Shown here: positions 12,514-25,649 of the stretch, piece after piece
Layout of the letters: the number at the start of each line of letters is the position of its first letter
How positions within the stretch are numbered: the stretch's first letter is position 1
Assembly: GCA_964016885.1 (NCBI GenBank)
Contig: OZ024741.1
Coordinates: forward strand, 405,852,001-405,916,000
Origin: Eledone cirrhosa
Lineage: Eukaryota
Length of the DNA: 64,000 nucleotides
Direction: 5' to 3'
Position numbers and translations under genes: made by a program
The notes under the pieces: model-generated
What the model was told of the DNA's origin: nothing
The model's input: only the letters and a program-made list of their open reading frames with translations
The model's database searches: none

Positions 12514-14844
12514 GGAGAACATGATATGAAGGCTAAAAACACTTGTGGATAGTGCAGTTTTAAATCAACATATGAAAAGTAGTTTTAGATTGATGTGTGA
12601 TATTGGGAAAAATATTTTATTTAGAGAGGGTGGTGTGGAAAGGATGAAAAAAGGGGAGGAGATGAGAGTGGAGGTGGAGAGGGAGAGACGGGTGATAGAG
12701 AGAAAGAGATAGTTTTTATAACTGAGAGAAGATATATTGTTTTACATAGAGAGGTTGAAAACCGTTGGAAGATAATGTATAAATTAAAAGAATTTGAAAA
12801 TTAACGAAGGGGAAAATATGTACGAGGAAAAAAAAAAAAAAAAATATTTAGAGAGGGGGGGGGGTGGAAAGGATGAAAAAAGGGGAGGAGATGAGAGTGA
12901 AGGTGGAGAGGGAGAGATGGGTGATAGAGAGAAAGAGATAGTTTTTATAACTGAGAAAAGATATATTGTTTTACATAGAGAGGTTGAGAACCGTTGGAAG
13001 ATAATGTATAAATTAAAAGAATTTGAAAATTAGCGAAGGGAAAAAAATATGTACGAGGAAAGAAAGGGATTAAAAAGTTTGAAGATAGAGAGAAAAAATA
13101 ATAATTGCAGATGAATATTCTAACGTCAAAGGTGTATGTTTATAAGTATTATGGCAATTTCAAAATTAATGAAGAGAAAAAATTATTAAGGTTTGCGTGT
13201 TGAAGGATTTGAGAAAAAATAATGTGAAGTTAAAGTTTGTATATTGAAGGAAATGATAATATCTGCGAAGAAAGAGTTAATATGTATTAACAAATTATTA
13301 AGGTTTGTGTATTAGATGATTTGAGAAAAATAATGTGAAGTTAAGGTTTGTATATTGAAGGAATTGATATGTGCGAAGAAAGAGTTAATATGTATTAAGA
13401 ATGAATATTCTAGCGTCAAAAGAAGGAGAGGGAGTTAATGTATTGATATTAAAGTTTGATGATGGAGAGAAAAAAATAATAATTGCGGATGAATATTCTA
13501 ACGTCAAAAAAACAAATGTATATGTTATGAAGGATTTTACAAGGTGAAGATAGAATGAGGGTAATGAGTAAACAAGTATTATAGAGTGTATAATGCCCTT
13601 TAAAGTGAGGTAGGAAGATGAGTATAATTTAAAGAGGTGTGTGTATATGTGCCTTTGAGAAAAGATTCTAAATTGATAAAGAATTGAATATTAGCTGTAT
13701 ACTTTGTGAAAAGTCCTATGGAATTTATGCAGGCAGATAGAAAACAAATCTGTACTTCAAAGGGCATTATACACTCTATAATACTTGTTTACTCATTACC
13801 CTCATTCTATCTTCACCTTGTAAAATCCTTCATAACATATACATTTGTTTTTTTAACGTTAGAATATTCATCCGCAATTATTATTTTTTTCTCTCCATCA
13901 TCAAACTTTAATATCAATACATTAACTCCCTCTCCTTCTTTTGACGCTAGAATATTCATTCTTAATACATATTAACTCTTTCTTCGCACATATCAATTCC
14001 TTCAATATACAAACCTTAACTTCACATTATTTTTCTCAAATCATCTAATACACAAACCTTAATAATTTGTTAATACATATTAACTCTTTCTTCGCACATA
14101 TTATCAATTCCTTCAATATACAAACTTTAACTTCACATTATTTTTTCTCAAATCCTTCAACACGCAAACCTTAATAATTTTTTCTCTTCATTAATTTTGA
14201 AATTGCCATAATACTTATAAACATACACCTTTGACGTTAGAATATTCATCCGCAATTATTATTTTTTCTCTCTATCTTCAAACTTTTTAATCCCTCTCTT
14301 TCCTCGTACATATTTTTTTCCCTTCGCTAATTTTCAAATTCTTTTAATTTATACATTATCTTCCAACGGTTCTCAACCTCTCTATGTAAAACAATATATC
14401 TTTTCTCAGTTATAAAAACTATCTCTTTCTCTCTATCACCCATCTCTCCCTCTCCACCTTCACTCTCATCTCCTCCCCTTTTTTCATCCTTTCCACCCCC
14501 CTCTCTAAATAATTTTTTTTTTTTTTTTTCCTCGTACATATTTTTCCCTTCGTTAATTTTCAAATTCTTTTAATTTATACATTATCTTCCAACGGTTTTC
14601 AACCTCTCTATGTAAAACAATATATCTTCTCTCAGTTATAAAAAACTATCTCTTTCTTTCTATCACCCATCTCTCCCTCTCCACCTTCACTCTCATCTCC
14701 TCCCCTTTTTTCATCCTTTCCACCCCCCCTCTCTAAATAAAATATTTTTCCCAATATCACACATCAATCTAAAACTACTTTTCATATGTTGATTTAAAAC
14801 TGCACTATCCACAAGTGTTTTTTAGCCTTCATATCATGTTCTCC

Positions 14845-14915
14845 TGTTTTATCTGATGAAAACACAAATATTATTGCATGATGATGTTTGTTTTTGAAAT
14901 GCGCATAATAAAATA
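14845..14915 (+). ncRNA. Type I hammerhead ribozyme with palindromic stem III
   Basis: tgttttat-CTGATGA-aaacacaaat..gtttgttttt-GAAA-tgcgca-TA-ataaaata. Confidence 0.8.
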
Positions 14916-15039
14916 CATGGAACTCATTTTTCCATCTTTTGATCTTATATATTATGTATACTCCAGTCCTACAAACTGTAGAGTGCTTCTTATCCGATAT
15001 CTGCATTGCTTTATTGTACTACAATAAAACTCACCTCCT

Positions 15040-15092
<53 letters not shown>

Positions 15093-15297
15093 AGCCATAC
15101 TCTTTGTTGTTCTCCTGTCTCACTCGCTTTACGCGTTTTAATTGTCCTAATAACTTATTTTGGTTATTATTGCACCGACGTGAGGTATATGATTTTTAAT
15201 GCAATGAAATATCTATGATCTTCGGCAAATCACTGATGAGGGACTCATTTTATTACATGTTATCCATGTGCTACCTGCAGTATTTTTCTCTATATTT

Positions 15298-15336
<39 letters not shown>

Positions 15337-15337
<1 letters not shown>

Positions 15338-15478
15338 CGAAGGAAGTGTGGTAAGGAACCAGGTGGACCATAACGCAGCAGAGTACTCGATACTTTGGGT
15401 CGTAGAGTGGGTAATAGGTAAATGTTCAACACCCCGACGGCAGAGCTCAAGCCCTTTCGACGGCTATTTCTGGACTCC
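15337..15478. repeat. Dispersed repeat starting at (TA)n; second copy at ~36158-36297
   Basis: aacgaaggaagtgtggtaaggaaccaggtggaccataacgca..ttcgacggctatttctgga present at both loci. Confidence 0.85.
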
Positions 15479-15480
15479 AG

Positions 15481-15513
<33 letters not shown>

Positions 15514-15575
15514 TAGTTGGAGTGAGGTCATATATTTTGTCGTTCCTGGGGTTTTTAACCCTAGGACAGGAAAAT

Positions 15576-15656
15576 GCTTCTCTGATGATCGTTGCTTTTC
15601 CATTAATATCCTGGTGATATTTAATGTTTTGCACCGTGAAACTGTACAGTTAGGGC
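15576..15656 (+). ncRNA. HHR-like motif (U-U at base of stem II, GUU triplet)
   Basis: ttct-CTGATGA-tcgttgc..cattaatatc/gatatttaatg..gcaccgt-GAAA-ctgtacag-TT-aggg; stem I is weak. Confidence 0.55.
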
Positions 15657-15769
15657 CATTAGAATAGGTAAATATTTATATTATATTTTTTAATTTTGAT
15701 TAATTTTGATTGTATATTAATTTTGATTTATTTTGAAAAATTGATTGAATTTTTACTTGTTCTGCTTAT

Positions 15770-15849
<80 letters not shown>

Positions 15850-16160
15850 TGAAATTATTTTCAAGGTTATATTTCATGTAGGTAGTTTTAACACTAACAA
15901 CAGTAGTGTGGCTTCAATATATATTATTGACTGCAATGGAAATAATCAAAGCAGCCCTAGTAATCTGTGTTAAAAAGATGGAAAACGTTTATTCTGAAAT
16001 AAAGTATTAAATATCTGAGAGTTATGTTTCAAGAAACTTCCTGTAGTGATTATATTTAACCGTCTTCTATATTTCTGGTAATTTAGGATAATTTACCTCA
16101 GAGTTTTACATCTTCAAATGTTGTTGGTTTACATAACAGTTGATGTTCTAAATATGGAAT

Positions 16161-16197
<37 letters not shown>

Positions 16198-16352
16198 CAC
16201 ACACATACACACACGCACACACACATACACACACACACACATATACATATATACATATATTATATATATATATGTGTGTGTGTGTCGGATGGTAACTAGG
16301 ATGCTTCCATAGGCGTTATGCCGGTTGAGCACTCTTCCAGAGCAGAGTATGA

Positions 16353-16658
16353 TATAATATAAAACGAAAAATCAGTGATGCATCTGAATTCAATTTATTG
16401 TGTGTTACAATTGTTTCGCCGGCGGACAGCTCGAGACGAGATCATTGAGTGGACACGTCTAATGATTTGGGAGCATATTCTTCCACTAAGAAGAATATGC
16501 TCCGAAATCATTAGACGTGTCCGTCGAACCTGCGGGTCCAGAATCGAATCAGACAGATCCACACAATGATCCCGTCTCGAGCTGTCCGCCGGCGAAACAA
16601 TTCTAACACACAATAAATTGAGTTCAGATGCATCACTGATATTTCGTTTTATATTATA
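16353..16658. mobile_element. Inverted-repeat element (arms ~16353-16452 and ~16558-16658) with a nested hairpin at 16451-16522
   Basis: Arms are reverse complements and carry the HHR 3' half gaaacaatt(g/c)ta; homologous to 28590-28680. Confidence 0.85.
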
Positions 16659-16855
16659 TATATATAGGGGAGGGTCATATTTGTGTAATAATATTGCCAG
16701 AATTAATAACAGAACACCCACTGTTTGGTTGGTTTTCGCTTCTGTGTCTTTTATATCGGTTAATTTAATATATTCGGTCCTGAATGTTACCATTGACTGA
16801 CCAACGGTCAAAAATACAGATACAATATAGACACAAACACATATATATAGTCTAG

Positions 16856-16893
16856 CAAAGTTCTTTCGTTGCACATCTGTAACATCGTCAGTG
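16856..16893 (-). ncRNA. HHR-like motif with an extra U after the core
   Basis: ca-CTGACGA-t-gttaca gatg tgcaac-GAAA-gaac-TT-tg; decayed homolog at 19225-19262 (+). Confidence 0.45.
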
Positions 16894-16979
16894 GTGCTAT
16901 TATGTTTCCTTCCGTTGCATTGTATGCCTATGCCATCTTTATTTCATATCAAAAACCTCGCAAAACTAATTCATCGCCG

Positions 16980-17041
<62 letters not shown>

Positions 17042-17300
17042 GTGTATATATATATATGTAAGAAGTAAGTGACACAGTCACAACTTTAAAACTGATAGCG
17101 TATGGTCTTCTAAATGTTTTTAATTAAACATACGGTATATTGCGAAATATACTATACATACATTCATGTATACATCGCTTTTTCAGAGCACCAATCCTAA
17201 TACCTAATTTTTGCTGGACCCGCAATCTCTCTGTATAATCAGCTCCTGATTATTACTGGAATTCTATAAGAATCAAGCGTCTATAATTTTCGGAGGAACC

Positions 17301-17363
17301 AGGGGAGTACGTAGCTCTGATGAACGCCAACCAGCGTGAAACAGACTGTCAGCTTCTCTCCCT
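17301..17363 (+). ncRNA. Canonical type I hammerhead ribozyme
   Basis: agct-CTGATGA-acgc caacca gcgt-GAAA-cagactg-TC-agct, plus a distal gggag/ctccc helix; GUC triplet. Confidence 0.88.
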
Positions 17364-17406
17364 TTTAAATGTGTTTAATTAAACATACGGTATATTCCCA
17401 AATATA

Positions 17407-17444
<38 letters not shown>

Positions 17445-17982
17445 CATTATAAAGAAAGAAGGAATATTAGATATAAATGAAAAGATATAATATACCTAAA
17501 TTCCTTCATTATCCTCGACTACATAGTTTCGTGGCTATTATGCAAACACACTACATCATAGAGATACAGTATTTTTGTGAGGTTTGCCGACTTATCAAGA
17601 GGATACCTCATTTAGAGTTTCAAAACACGTCCGTAGGACGCGAGATAGAATCCCGAAAGGCGGAGGGGAAACTTATCACGTGATACAGCGGTCAAGAAAC
17701 AGAGCTAAGCCTCTTACAACCAAGAGTAAAATACCACAAAAGGCGGAGGGGTTATTTATGTCAAGGCCGTAGAAGAGTTGGCTAGGAGGGCGAGAAGTGT
17801 GATTAGTGTAAGCTTAACAGGAGTCACTATACTTCAGTGGTTACTCTACCGTAGGGAGTTATAAACAATACAAAGAAATACACAGACACATGCGAATACA
17901 TAATTATACATGCATATACCCACATGTGTCTGTGTATTTCTTTGTATTGTATATATATATATATTTCTATTTATATATATGT

Positions 17983-18597
17983 ATGTAAATAGGGGGAAAA
18001 AGACGATTATTAGGAAGAAAAATATTATTTCTTCTTTATTTTTTTCTCTTTTATCTGTGTTAGAAAATGTTTAAAACAAAATATTTTACTTTGTGTGAAA
18101 TGTTAAGGTATTAGTTAATTCATTTATTAATTAACAATGGCATTTATTTATTTTTGAACTGCTTATCCTCAAGAACAATGCCTGTAAATAATACTATTCT
18201 TTCTTTTCCCATTACCTTATCATGTCCACATCACCCTCTTTTTTTTTCTTTTTTTTCTTTTTTATTTTTACTTCAAAAACCTTGTTTGTAAAAAATATTC
18301 TTTCTTTCGCATTTCTTTAACATGTTCAACATCACCTTATCTTCTCTCCAACATTTTACACCAATACAAATTCCCCCCTTTGATAATGCCAAAAATGGTG
18401 AAACCGGTAATAGACAAGTATTAAATATATAAATAAATAAATGCCATTGTTAATTAATAAATAAATTAACTAATACCTTAACACTTCATACAAAGTAAAA
18501 TATTTTGTTTTAAACATTTTCTAACCCAGAAAAAAAGAGAAAAAAATAAAGGAAAAAAAAAATTTTTCTTCCTAATAATCGTCTTTTTCTCCCTATT

Positions 18598-18602
<5 letters not shown>
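17983..18602. mobile_element. (TA)n-flanked inverted-repeat element (arms ~17983-18152 and ~18431-18602) with a decayed HHR in the spacer
   Basis: Arms are reverse complements; the spacer has ttgataa-t-gcca aaaa tggt-GAAA-ccgg-TA at 18380-18409. Confidence 0.85.
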
Positions 18603-18650
<48 letters not shown>

Positions 18651-18676
18651 CAACTCGTGTGCTCCTTCTCCACATT

Positions 18677-18720
<44 letters not shown>

Positions 18721-19063
18721 AATAAATAATCGAGAATCGGAATCTCGGCCCACGAAATAACGAAACACAATCTTCGAAATGTATGGCAAAGGGCTCAATA
18801 GTTTGGATAAACCAGAGCTATAACTATCGTTTAAATACCAACACGTAGAGACAATGCTTAAAATCATTCGCACAGCCGCGATTATGGCAAGCGAAAGACC
18901 AAATAGAAAAAGAAAAAGATAGCCAACCACCATTTAGGTATATATATATATATATATTTGTATGTATATATATATATATAATATATACTTCGTTTTTGAA
19001 TTTGTTTTGCAAGATTTCTTATCTGAAAACGTGTGTCGAAACAGATATTGTTATACTTTGGGA

Positions 19064-19361
19064 GGGTCATGTTGCCAATAAAAACACACGCACCTGTTGT
19101 TTTCACTTCAAATTATTATAAATTTCCGGTTTGTTTGTTGGTTGGTTCGATAATCGAATGATTTGTTATATATTGTCATCATGGTGTAGGACCGAATAAA
19201 GGAGAGACACAAAATAAAAACAGCCACTGAGGCAGTCACATAATCTGTAACGAAAGAGCTTTAACAATATATACCAAACCAACGAACCAACCAACCGGAA
19301 ATTTATAATAAATTGAAGTGAAAACCAACAGGTGCGTGTGTTTTTATTGGCAGCATGACCC
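19064..19361. mobile_element. Inverted-repeat element (arms ~19064-19147 and ~19277-19361) with a decayed HHR in the spacer
   Basis: gggtcatgttgccaataaaaacacacgcacctg vs caggtgcgtgtgtttttattggcagcatgaccc. Confidence 0.8.
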
Positions 19362-19524
19362 CTAGGATGAAAGCAGCGATTCTTCGCTTAAATTTTAATC
19401 TGTTCTTATAGTATATATATATATAATTGTAGTCAAGTAAGTAACCAATTTTAAAAGTGTATGGCATTTAATTACTAACAATTGTTTCTTCCTATAGGAA
19501 TGTACATTTAATAAGAAATGATGT

Positions 19525-20970
19525 AATGGTTGATTGGCAGTATCGGTAGAGGGTCGGACGCCATACTTTGCAGCATAGTTACGTCCCTTTACGGACTGAG
19601 TTCAAATCCCGCCGAGCTTAACTTTGCCTTTCATCCTTAAGGGGTCGATAAAATAAAGTACCAGTAATGCACTGGGGTAATCTCTGGCCTTGTGCCAAAA
19701 AGTAGAAACTCTAAGGGGTGGTGAATTGGCAGTATCGGTAGAGGGTCGGACGCCATGTTTTGCAGCACAGTTACATCCCTTTACGGACTGAGTTCAAATC
19801 CCGCCGAGGTTACCTTTGCCTTTCATCTCACGAGGTCGATAAAATAAAGTACCAATAATATACTGGGTAATTGCTGGCCTTGTGCCAAAAGTAGGAACAA
19901 TTATTTAGCAGCTTAATTGTTCTGTGTAGAGTCAGTTTATAGCTTATGGCGTCAAACGTGTTGAAATGTTACAATGATTAAAAGTTAAAATTAAAATAAT
20001 TTTTTGAAATAATAGTAGTTTTTAAAATATATATTCAAAGAACTTAACCCAATATTCATGCTGACCTCGGCGAGATTTGAACTGAGAGAGGAAAGAGCCA
20101 AAACGTAAATCACCAACATTCTATCCGACGTTCTAACCATGCCGCCAATTCGACGCCTGATAACCTAGCTTACCTTCAGTATATTAATACATTATTAGGG
20201 CGGTGGATTGGCAGTATTGGTAGAGGGTCGGACGCCATGCTTTGACGCATAGAGTTACGGCCCTTGCTATTCTGAGTTCAAATCCCGCCGAGGTTAACTT
20301 TGCCTTTCATCCTTACGAGGTCGATAAAATAAAGTACCAGTAATACACTGGGTAATTGCTGGCCTTGTGCCTAACGTAGAAACAATTATTATTATCAATT
20401 CTGACTTCAACATATATGAAACAATGATAGCCTATCAGAATATATAAATAGCTGCCTGGTAATAGTTACAGAACAGAATATCACATGTGGTATATTTGTG
20501 TATAAGTAAGATATTGGTTAGTGAATCATTAGTGGCAGAAGAAAGATATTATGCCATCAATCTGATGTTAATAAACAGACAAACATTAAAAGTTAAGCTT
20601 CACTGGTGATGGAGAAAATTTACGAGAGCTATTGTAGTTGCTAAATTAACAAGCAACCATAATCCAAAGCTGGTTTACAAAGTCGGTGGAATCTATTGAA
20701 GTTATAATAGTTAAAGCAAGTATTACACTCGTTGTTAATACAAATTTATCGTGTTGATCTTGTAACGCTGACTTACAAACAAAACTTTGGAATAATAAGT
20801 TATAATTTAGACACAACAGGCGAGGAATTAGTAGAGTAGTTAGAACGTCGGATAGAATGCTTTGTGGTATTAGTTCCAACTGTCCGTTCTCTGAGTTCAA
20901 ATCCCACCTAGCCCAACTTTGCCTATCATCCTTTCGAGGTCGATAAAAAAGTACCAGTCAAATTCTGGGG
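19525..20970 (+). mobile_element. SINE family A cluster (~19525-19710, 19715-19903, 20198-20390, 20830-20970; minus fragment ~20060-20160)
   Basis: Repeated A-box/B-box head and gtcgataaaataaagtaccag body. Confidence 0.85.
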
Positions 20971-21779
20971 TCGCTTCTTCCACTGTGTCTTTTTCTCACT
21001 TCCATTCTCTCACTCTCTATATTCTTCTTTGGAAGGAATCTGCCGTATTCCAACTCGGAGAGGAGACGAGTGCCGCTAGGATTAAAAAGAATAAATGCCA
21101 TAACAACGCTGTATGTCAATATGGCGCCCCTACGACTCCCCAGGCACTAGGGGCGAATTTAGACAAAAAGTGACACAAGGTGACACATGGACAGCAATTG
21201 TGGGAGGGAAACTCTATTAATTTGACTTAGTACTTGACTGATGTTCAGTTCTGATGTAAGCGGGTAACTGCCGGACGACTAAGCAATCCAGGACCAACAG
21301 CGGTAAACTAGTAGGGGTAGTGGATCAATGGATGGCACCTGAGCTCCCAAGAAAACTCAAAATATCCAAATATCCAAATTGCACCGTACGATAAATATAC
21401 AGGTATCATCTATATCTGGGATTTTGTATGTTGGGCGCTCGCAGAATTAAGGAGCAATTTGAATATTTCAAAGGGAAAGTTTCTCAATATTTTCAAGGAT
21501 CCTCCCTCTGCTTCGACTAGGAGTATTTAGTCGTCCTATCAAGCAAACGTCCAACTCGTGGATTACAGGGTGGCTGGAAAGAAACACCCTTATTAATATT
21601 GTTAATAACTTCAATAATTATTGGCCGACCACAGGAAAAAATCGTTAAAACAGATCCAGCCAACGTCCTGGAGACTGGATATCAAACTTCTCAAGGACAG
21701 TGCGTGAAAAAGGTGGAGGGGCCCTTCTTGCATAAATATGAGATCATCGATGTTGTCTCAAGTGGCCATAGTAGGCGAA

Positions 21780-22330
21780 AGGTTATAAATAAGTTTAAAT
21801 AGGGAGTTTCTTTCTGTGATAATTATTGTATAGAATTTCTAAAGTCTGGGTTGCAATGAACAAAATGGAAAGGATATGGAAGTCAGATCTACCCAGAAAA
21901 ATCAAAACATCTTCAGAACATCTTTTGACTAAGTGTTGTTGTATGGATCAGATGCATGGAACTTGACACAAGCAACTGAAAAGCAACTACACGGTGTGTA
22001 CACTAACTGACGTCTACGTATTAAAAATGATAGTTTATAGAGAAACTTGCCCAAGATAAGAACTACAATTGTTGAAAGACTTATAATTTGCAGGACATTG
22101 CTGGAGAAGCAGGAAGTTATACACAGGCTACTATTGTGGGAACCAAGTCAAGGGAAACACAGTAGAGGATGTTATACACAATATATTATTGTAGGAACCA
22201 AGTCAAAGGAGACACAGTAGAGGAAGACCTACTTGAACCTTCACCAATCAAATCTCAGACGATACAAACCTCAGAAAGGAGCATTTGCCAGGAGCAATAG
22301 AAAATCGTGAATTGTGGTGTGTAGTCGCAA
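21780..22330 (+). pseudogene. Degenerate RTE-clade LINE 3' coding fragment
   Basis: SVLLYGSDAWNLTQATEKQLHGVYT, FAGHCWRS, RGRP. Confidence 0.7.
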
Positions 22331-23015
22331 TGATTATGATGATATTATATAAAGAATATGTAGGACAGTGTATCCGTTAATATTCAAACTAAAACGGGAT
22401 GGTCAAGGTCGGAATACATTTGTTCACAGGTCTGTTCAACTGATACTGACTCGGGGCTAAACACAAATAAGAACAAGAACATTTAGTTGGTTTGGGAATG
22501 GGACTATATCTCAGAGGAGATAATGCCAGCAGCGATTATGGCGAGCGAAAGACCAAATAGAAAAAGAAAAAGATAGCCAACCACCATTGAAAATGTGAAC
22601 GAGAAAGTATGACATCATAGCTAGCCTAACGACTCTCACAAGATTTCCATCTGATTTCATGCTGCTAAATCCTCGTGACATTCACTTTAGTCAAATCTGA
22701 CACCCACAATAGCTGACTAAATATATAAAAAGATAAATACATAGATAGCTAAATAAATCAATAGCATAAACTATAGAGGATATTTCTTTTAAACCCTAGA
22801 AAAATAATACATTAAAGGTGAAAATTATTCATATCACGTGGAAATGTCTTCACTTGAATAAATATGAATCCAATTAAAGACAGAATTTCTATTATCTTTA
22901 AAACAAATTCTTTATATAATTCTTCTCATTAAAAGGATAAATTATTGTTTACTGTCTGAGATTGTGTTTAGTTTTCGTTCATCTACAAATAAGTCATTCC
23001 ATTATAAATAAACTG

Positions 23016-24525
23016 GGCGGTGGATTGGCAGAATGTTGTTGTTGTTACAGCTCACACCTATGCAGGTTTAGCTGGCCTCCTTCAAGGTATATCTCGTTGG
23101 AGGTGTCTTGAGTAATTTAATGATAGGGACCCCAGTCCTATCATCTCATTTTTACAGCTGAGTAAACTGAAGCAATGTGAAATAAAGTGTCCTGCTCAAG
23201 GAAACAACACATCACCCGGTCCGAGAATTGAACTCACAACCTTTCGATTGCAAGCCCAATGCTCTAACGACTAAGCCATGCGCCTTCACAACATGCTTTG
23301 TGACAAAGAGTTATGACCTTTCATGCTCTGAATTCAAATCCCCTGGGGTTAACTTTGCCTTTCATCCTTACATGGTCGATAAAATAAAGTACCAGTAACG
23401 AACTGGGGTCGACTTTCCCCTCCCGCAAACGTATTGGCATTGTGCTTAAATCAGAAACTATTATTAGGGCGGTGGATTGGCAGTATCGGTAGAGGGTCGG
23501 ACACCATGCTTTGACGCAGAGAGTTACGGCCCTTGCCATTCTGAATTCAAATCCCGCCGAGGTTAACTTTGCTTTTCATCCTTACGGGGTCGATAAAATA
23601 AAGTACCAGTAATACACTAGGTAATTGCTGGCCTTGTGCCAAAAATAGAAACAATTATTAAGGCGGTGGATTGGAAGAATCGGTAGAGCATCGGACAACA
23701 TGCTTAGTGGTATATAGTTATGGCCTTCATGTTCTGAGTTCAAATTCCGCCCATGCTGGCTTTGCCTTTCAACTTAATAGGGTCAATAACATAAAGTACC
23801 AGTAACGCCCGGGGGTCGATTTAATTGACTTTCCCCCTCCCCAACGTTTTTGACCATGTGCCTAAATCAGAAACTATCTTATATACTGTCTAAGGGTGGT
23901 GGATTGAGACTAATCGGTAGAGCGTCGGACATGTTGTGTGATGTAGAGTTACGTCCCTTTGCGTCCTGTGTTCAAATCCCGCTGAAGTTAGCTTTGCCTC
24001 TCTGCCTTACGTTGGCGATAATATAAAGTACCAGTAATGCACTGGTTTCGATTTAATCGACTTTTCCCTGTCCGCAAATTTGTTAGGCTTGTACCTAAAG
24101 CAGAGCCCATTCCATATATATACTAAGGGCGGTGGATTGGCAATAAGCAATAGAGACTCGGACATGTTTTGTGCTTTAGAGTTATGACTTTTCATATTCT
24201 GAGTTCAAATCCCGCTGAGGTTAGCTTTGACTGTTCATCCTTACAGGGTCGATGAAATAAAGTACCAGTTTTGTACTGGCGTCGATTTAATTGACTTTTC
24301 CCTCTCCCTAAAATTGTTGACATTGTACCTAAATCAGAAACGGGTGGTTTGGCAGTTTCGGTAGAGCGTCAGACACTATGCTTTCCAGCATACTTACGGT
24401 CCTTTGCGTTCTGAGTTCAAATCCACCGAGGTTAACTTTGCCTTTCATCCTTACGAGGTCGATAAAATAAAGTACTAGTGATGCACTGGGGTAATCACTG
24501 GCCTTGTGCCAAAATTAGAAACTCA
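23016..24525 (+). mobile_element. Head-to-tail array of ~6 family A SINEs
   Basis: Heads at ~23016, 23467, 23662, 23893, 24127 and 24342. Confidence 0.85.
23035..23289 (-). mobile_element. tRNA-derived SINE family B inserted into a family A SINE
   Basis: Reverse complement gtgaaggcgcatggcttagtcgttagagcattgggcttgcaatc..gagttcaattctc..ccttgagcaggacactttatttcac, with an (AAC)n tail. Confidence 0.8.
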
Positions 24526-25189
24526 TATATAATGTCTGATTTTAAAAAAAATACAAGGATGGTTGACAGTAAAAAAAGTGGAAAGGATTAATGAGGAACA
24601 GTTTTGCTATCCACTACCATTAGACTTAAAAGTAAACAGACACACAACAAAAACATAGTTTAGATAAAAATCTTTCAATAATGCGTAATGCAAATAAAAT
24701 TTAAAATGTTGCTTTTAGTTCGCTTAGTAGTTTGAATAAATAAGAAAATCAATAGCAGTTATATCAAGAAATAGAGAATGGAAAAACTATTTCCGTTTTG
24801 AAAAGCATCCAGTGGTTTTTAAGTTAGTCAATATAACTTGTTTTCTTTTCTTTAATACGGATTCTAATTAATAATCGGATTTCTATCGCTATATATTTAT
24901 TTTGGTTGTTGCTTAAAGCAAAACTGAAATTGAAAATAATATCTATGATCAAATAAAATGTAAAATATTTATGTATTCTGCGCATGAGGACAATAAATTA
25001 CTAATTGATTGACCTTTCGTAATCAAACATAAACATAGCATACCAATTGAGTAATCAAATCTATTGTTTTCAGAGAAAAATGGCTGTTGTGACATTCATG
25101 CTTTTTCAAACACTTATACAGACGTAGCTATTGTGAAATAGCTGGTTGTGACGTTTATTTTCAAACACTTATATATACTTCTCTGAATT

Positions 25190-25453
25190 ATGAGAACACA
25201 GCTCTGATACTAGAGACATGTGGTTAGAATATCTCAAGAAAGAATCACTGGACAGATTTTACTGGCAAAACCAACTGACAGGAGACCCAGGGGTAGACCT
25301 CTAGCAAGGTGGTTGGATAACATCGATGAGCTTGGCTGGTCTTGTTTGGGGATCCAGTCAGATCAGTTGGAGACGGTTGCTTCTGCCAGGACCCACTCTC
25401 TTTTCAATAAGTGGGCGAAGAAGAAGAAGAAGAAGAAGAAGAAGAAGAAGAAG
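25190..25453 (+). mobile_element. RTE-like LINE 3' fragment with (GAA)n tail
   Basis: VVRISQERITGQILLAKPTDRRPRGRPLARWLDNI; paralog at 29405-29690. Confidence 0.8.
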
Positions 25454-25649
25454 ACTTATATTCAGACGTAACTATGAAATAGCTACAACGGGGGTACAGA
25501 CAGCTGTAATCCAGTTTTAAGTTGACTAGAGATGAAGACCATACCAGGTAAAGTGTCAATTATAACAAAGATTATTTGATACTGTGAGAGGTTTGGTGGA
25601 ATGAGGCAACGTAGACTCAAGTACTCCAACAGGAAATAATAAGGCCGAC

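Larger units (their letters stand above)
12405..14955. mobile_element. Large inverted duplication (arms ~12405-13607 and ~13754-14955) with outward-facing HHRs
   Basis: The ~1.2-kb arms are reverse complements, including their internal tandem duplications; the left arm abuts (TA)n. Confidence 0.92.
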
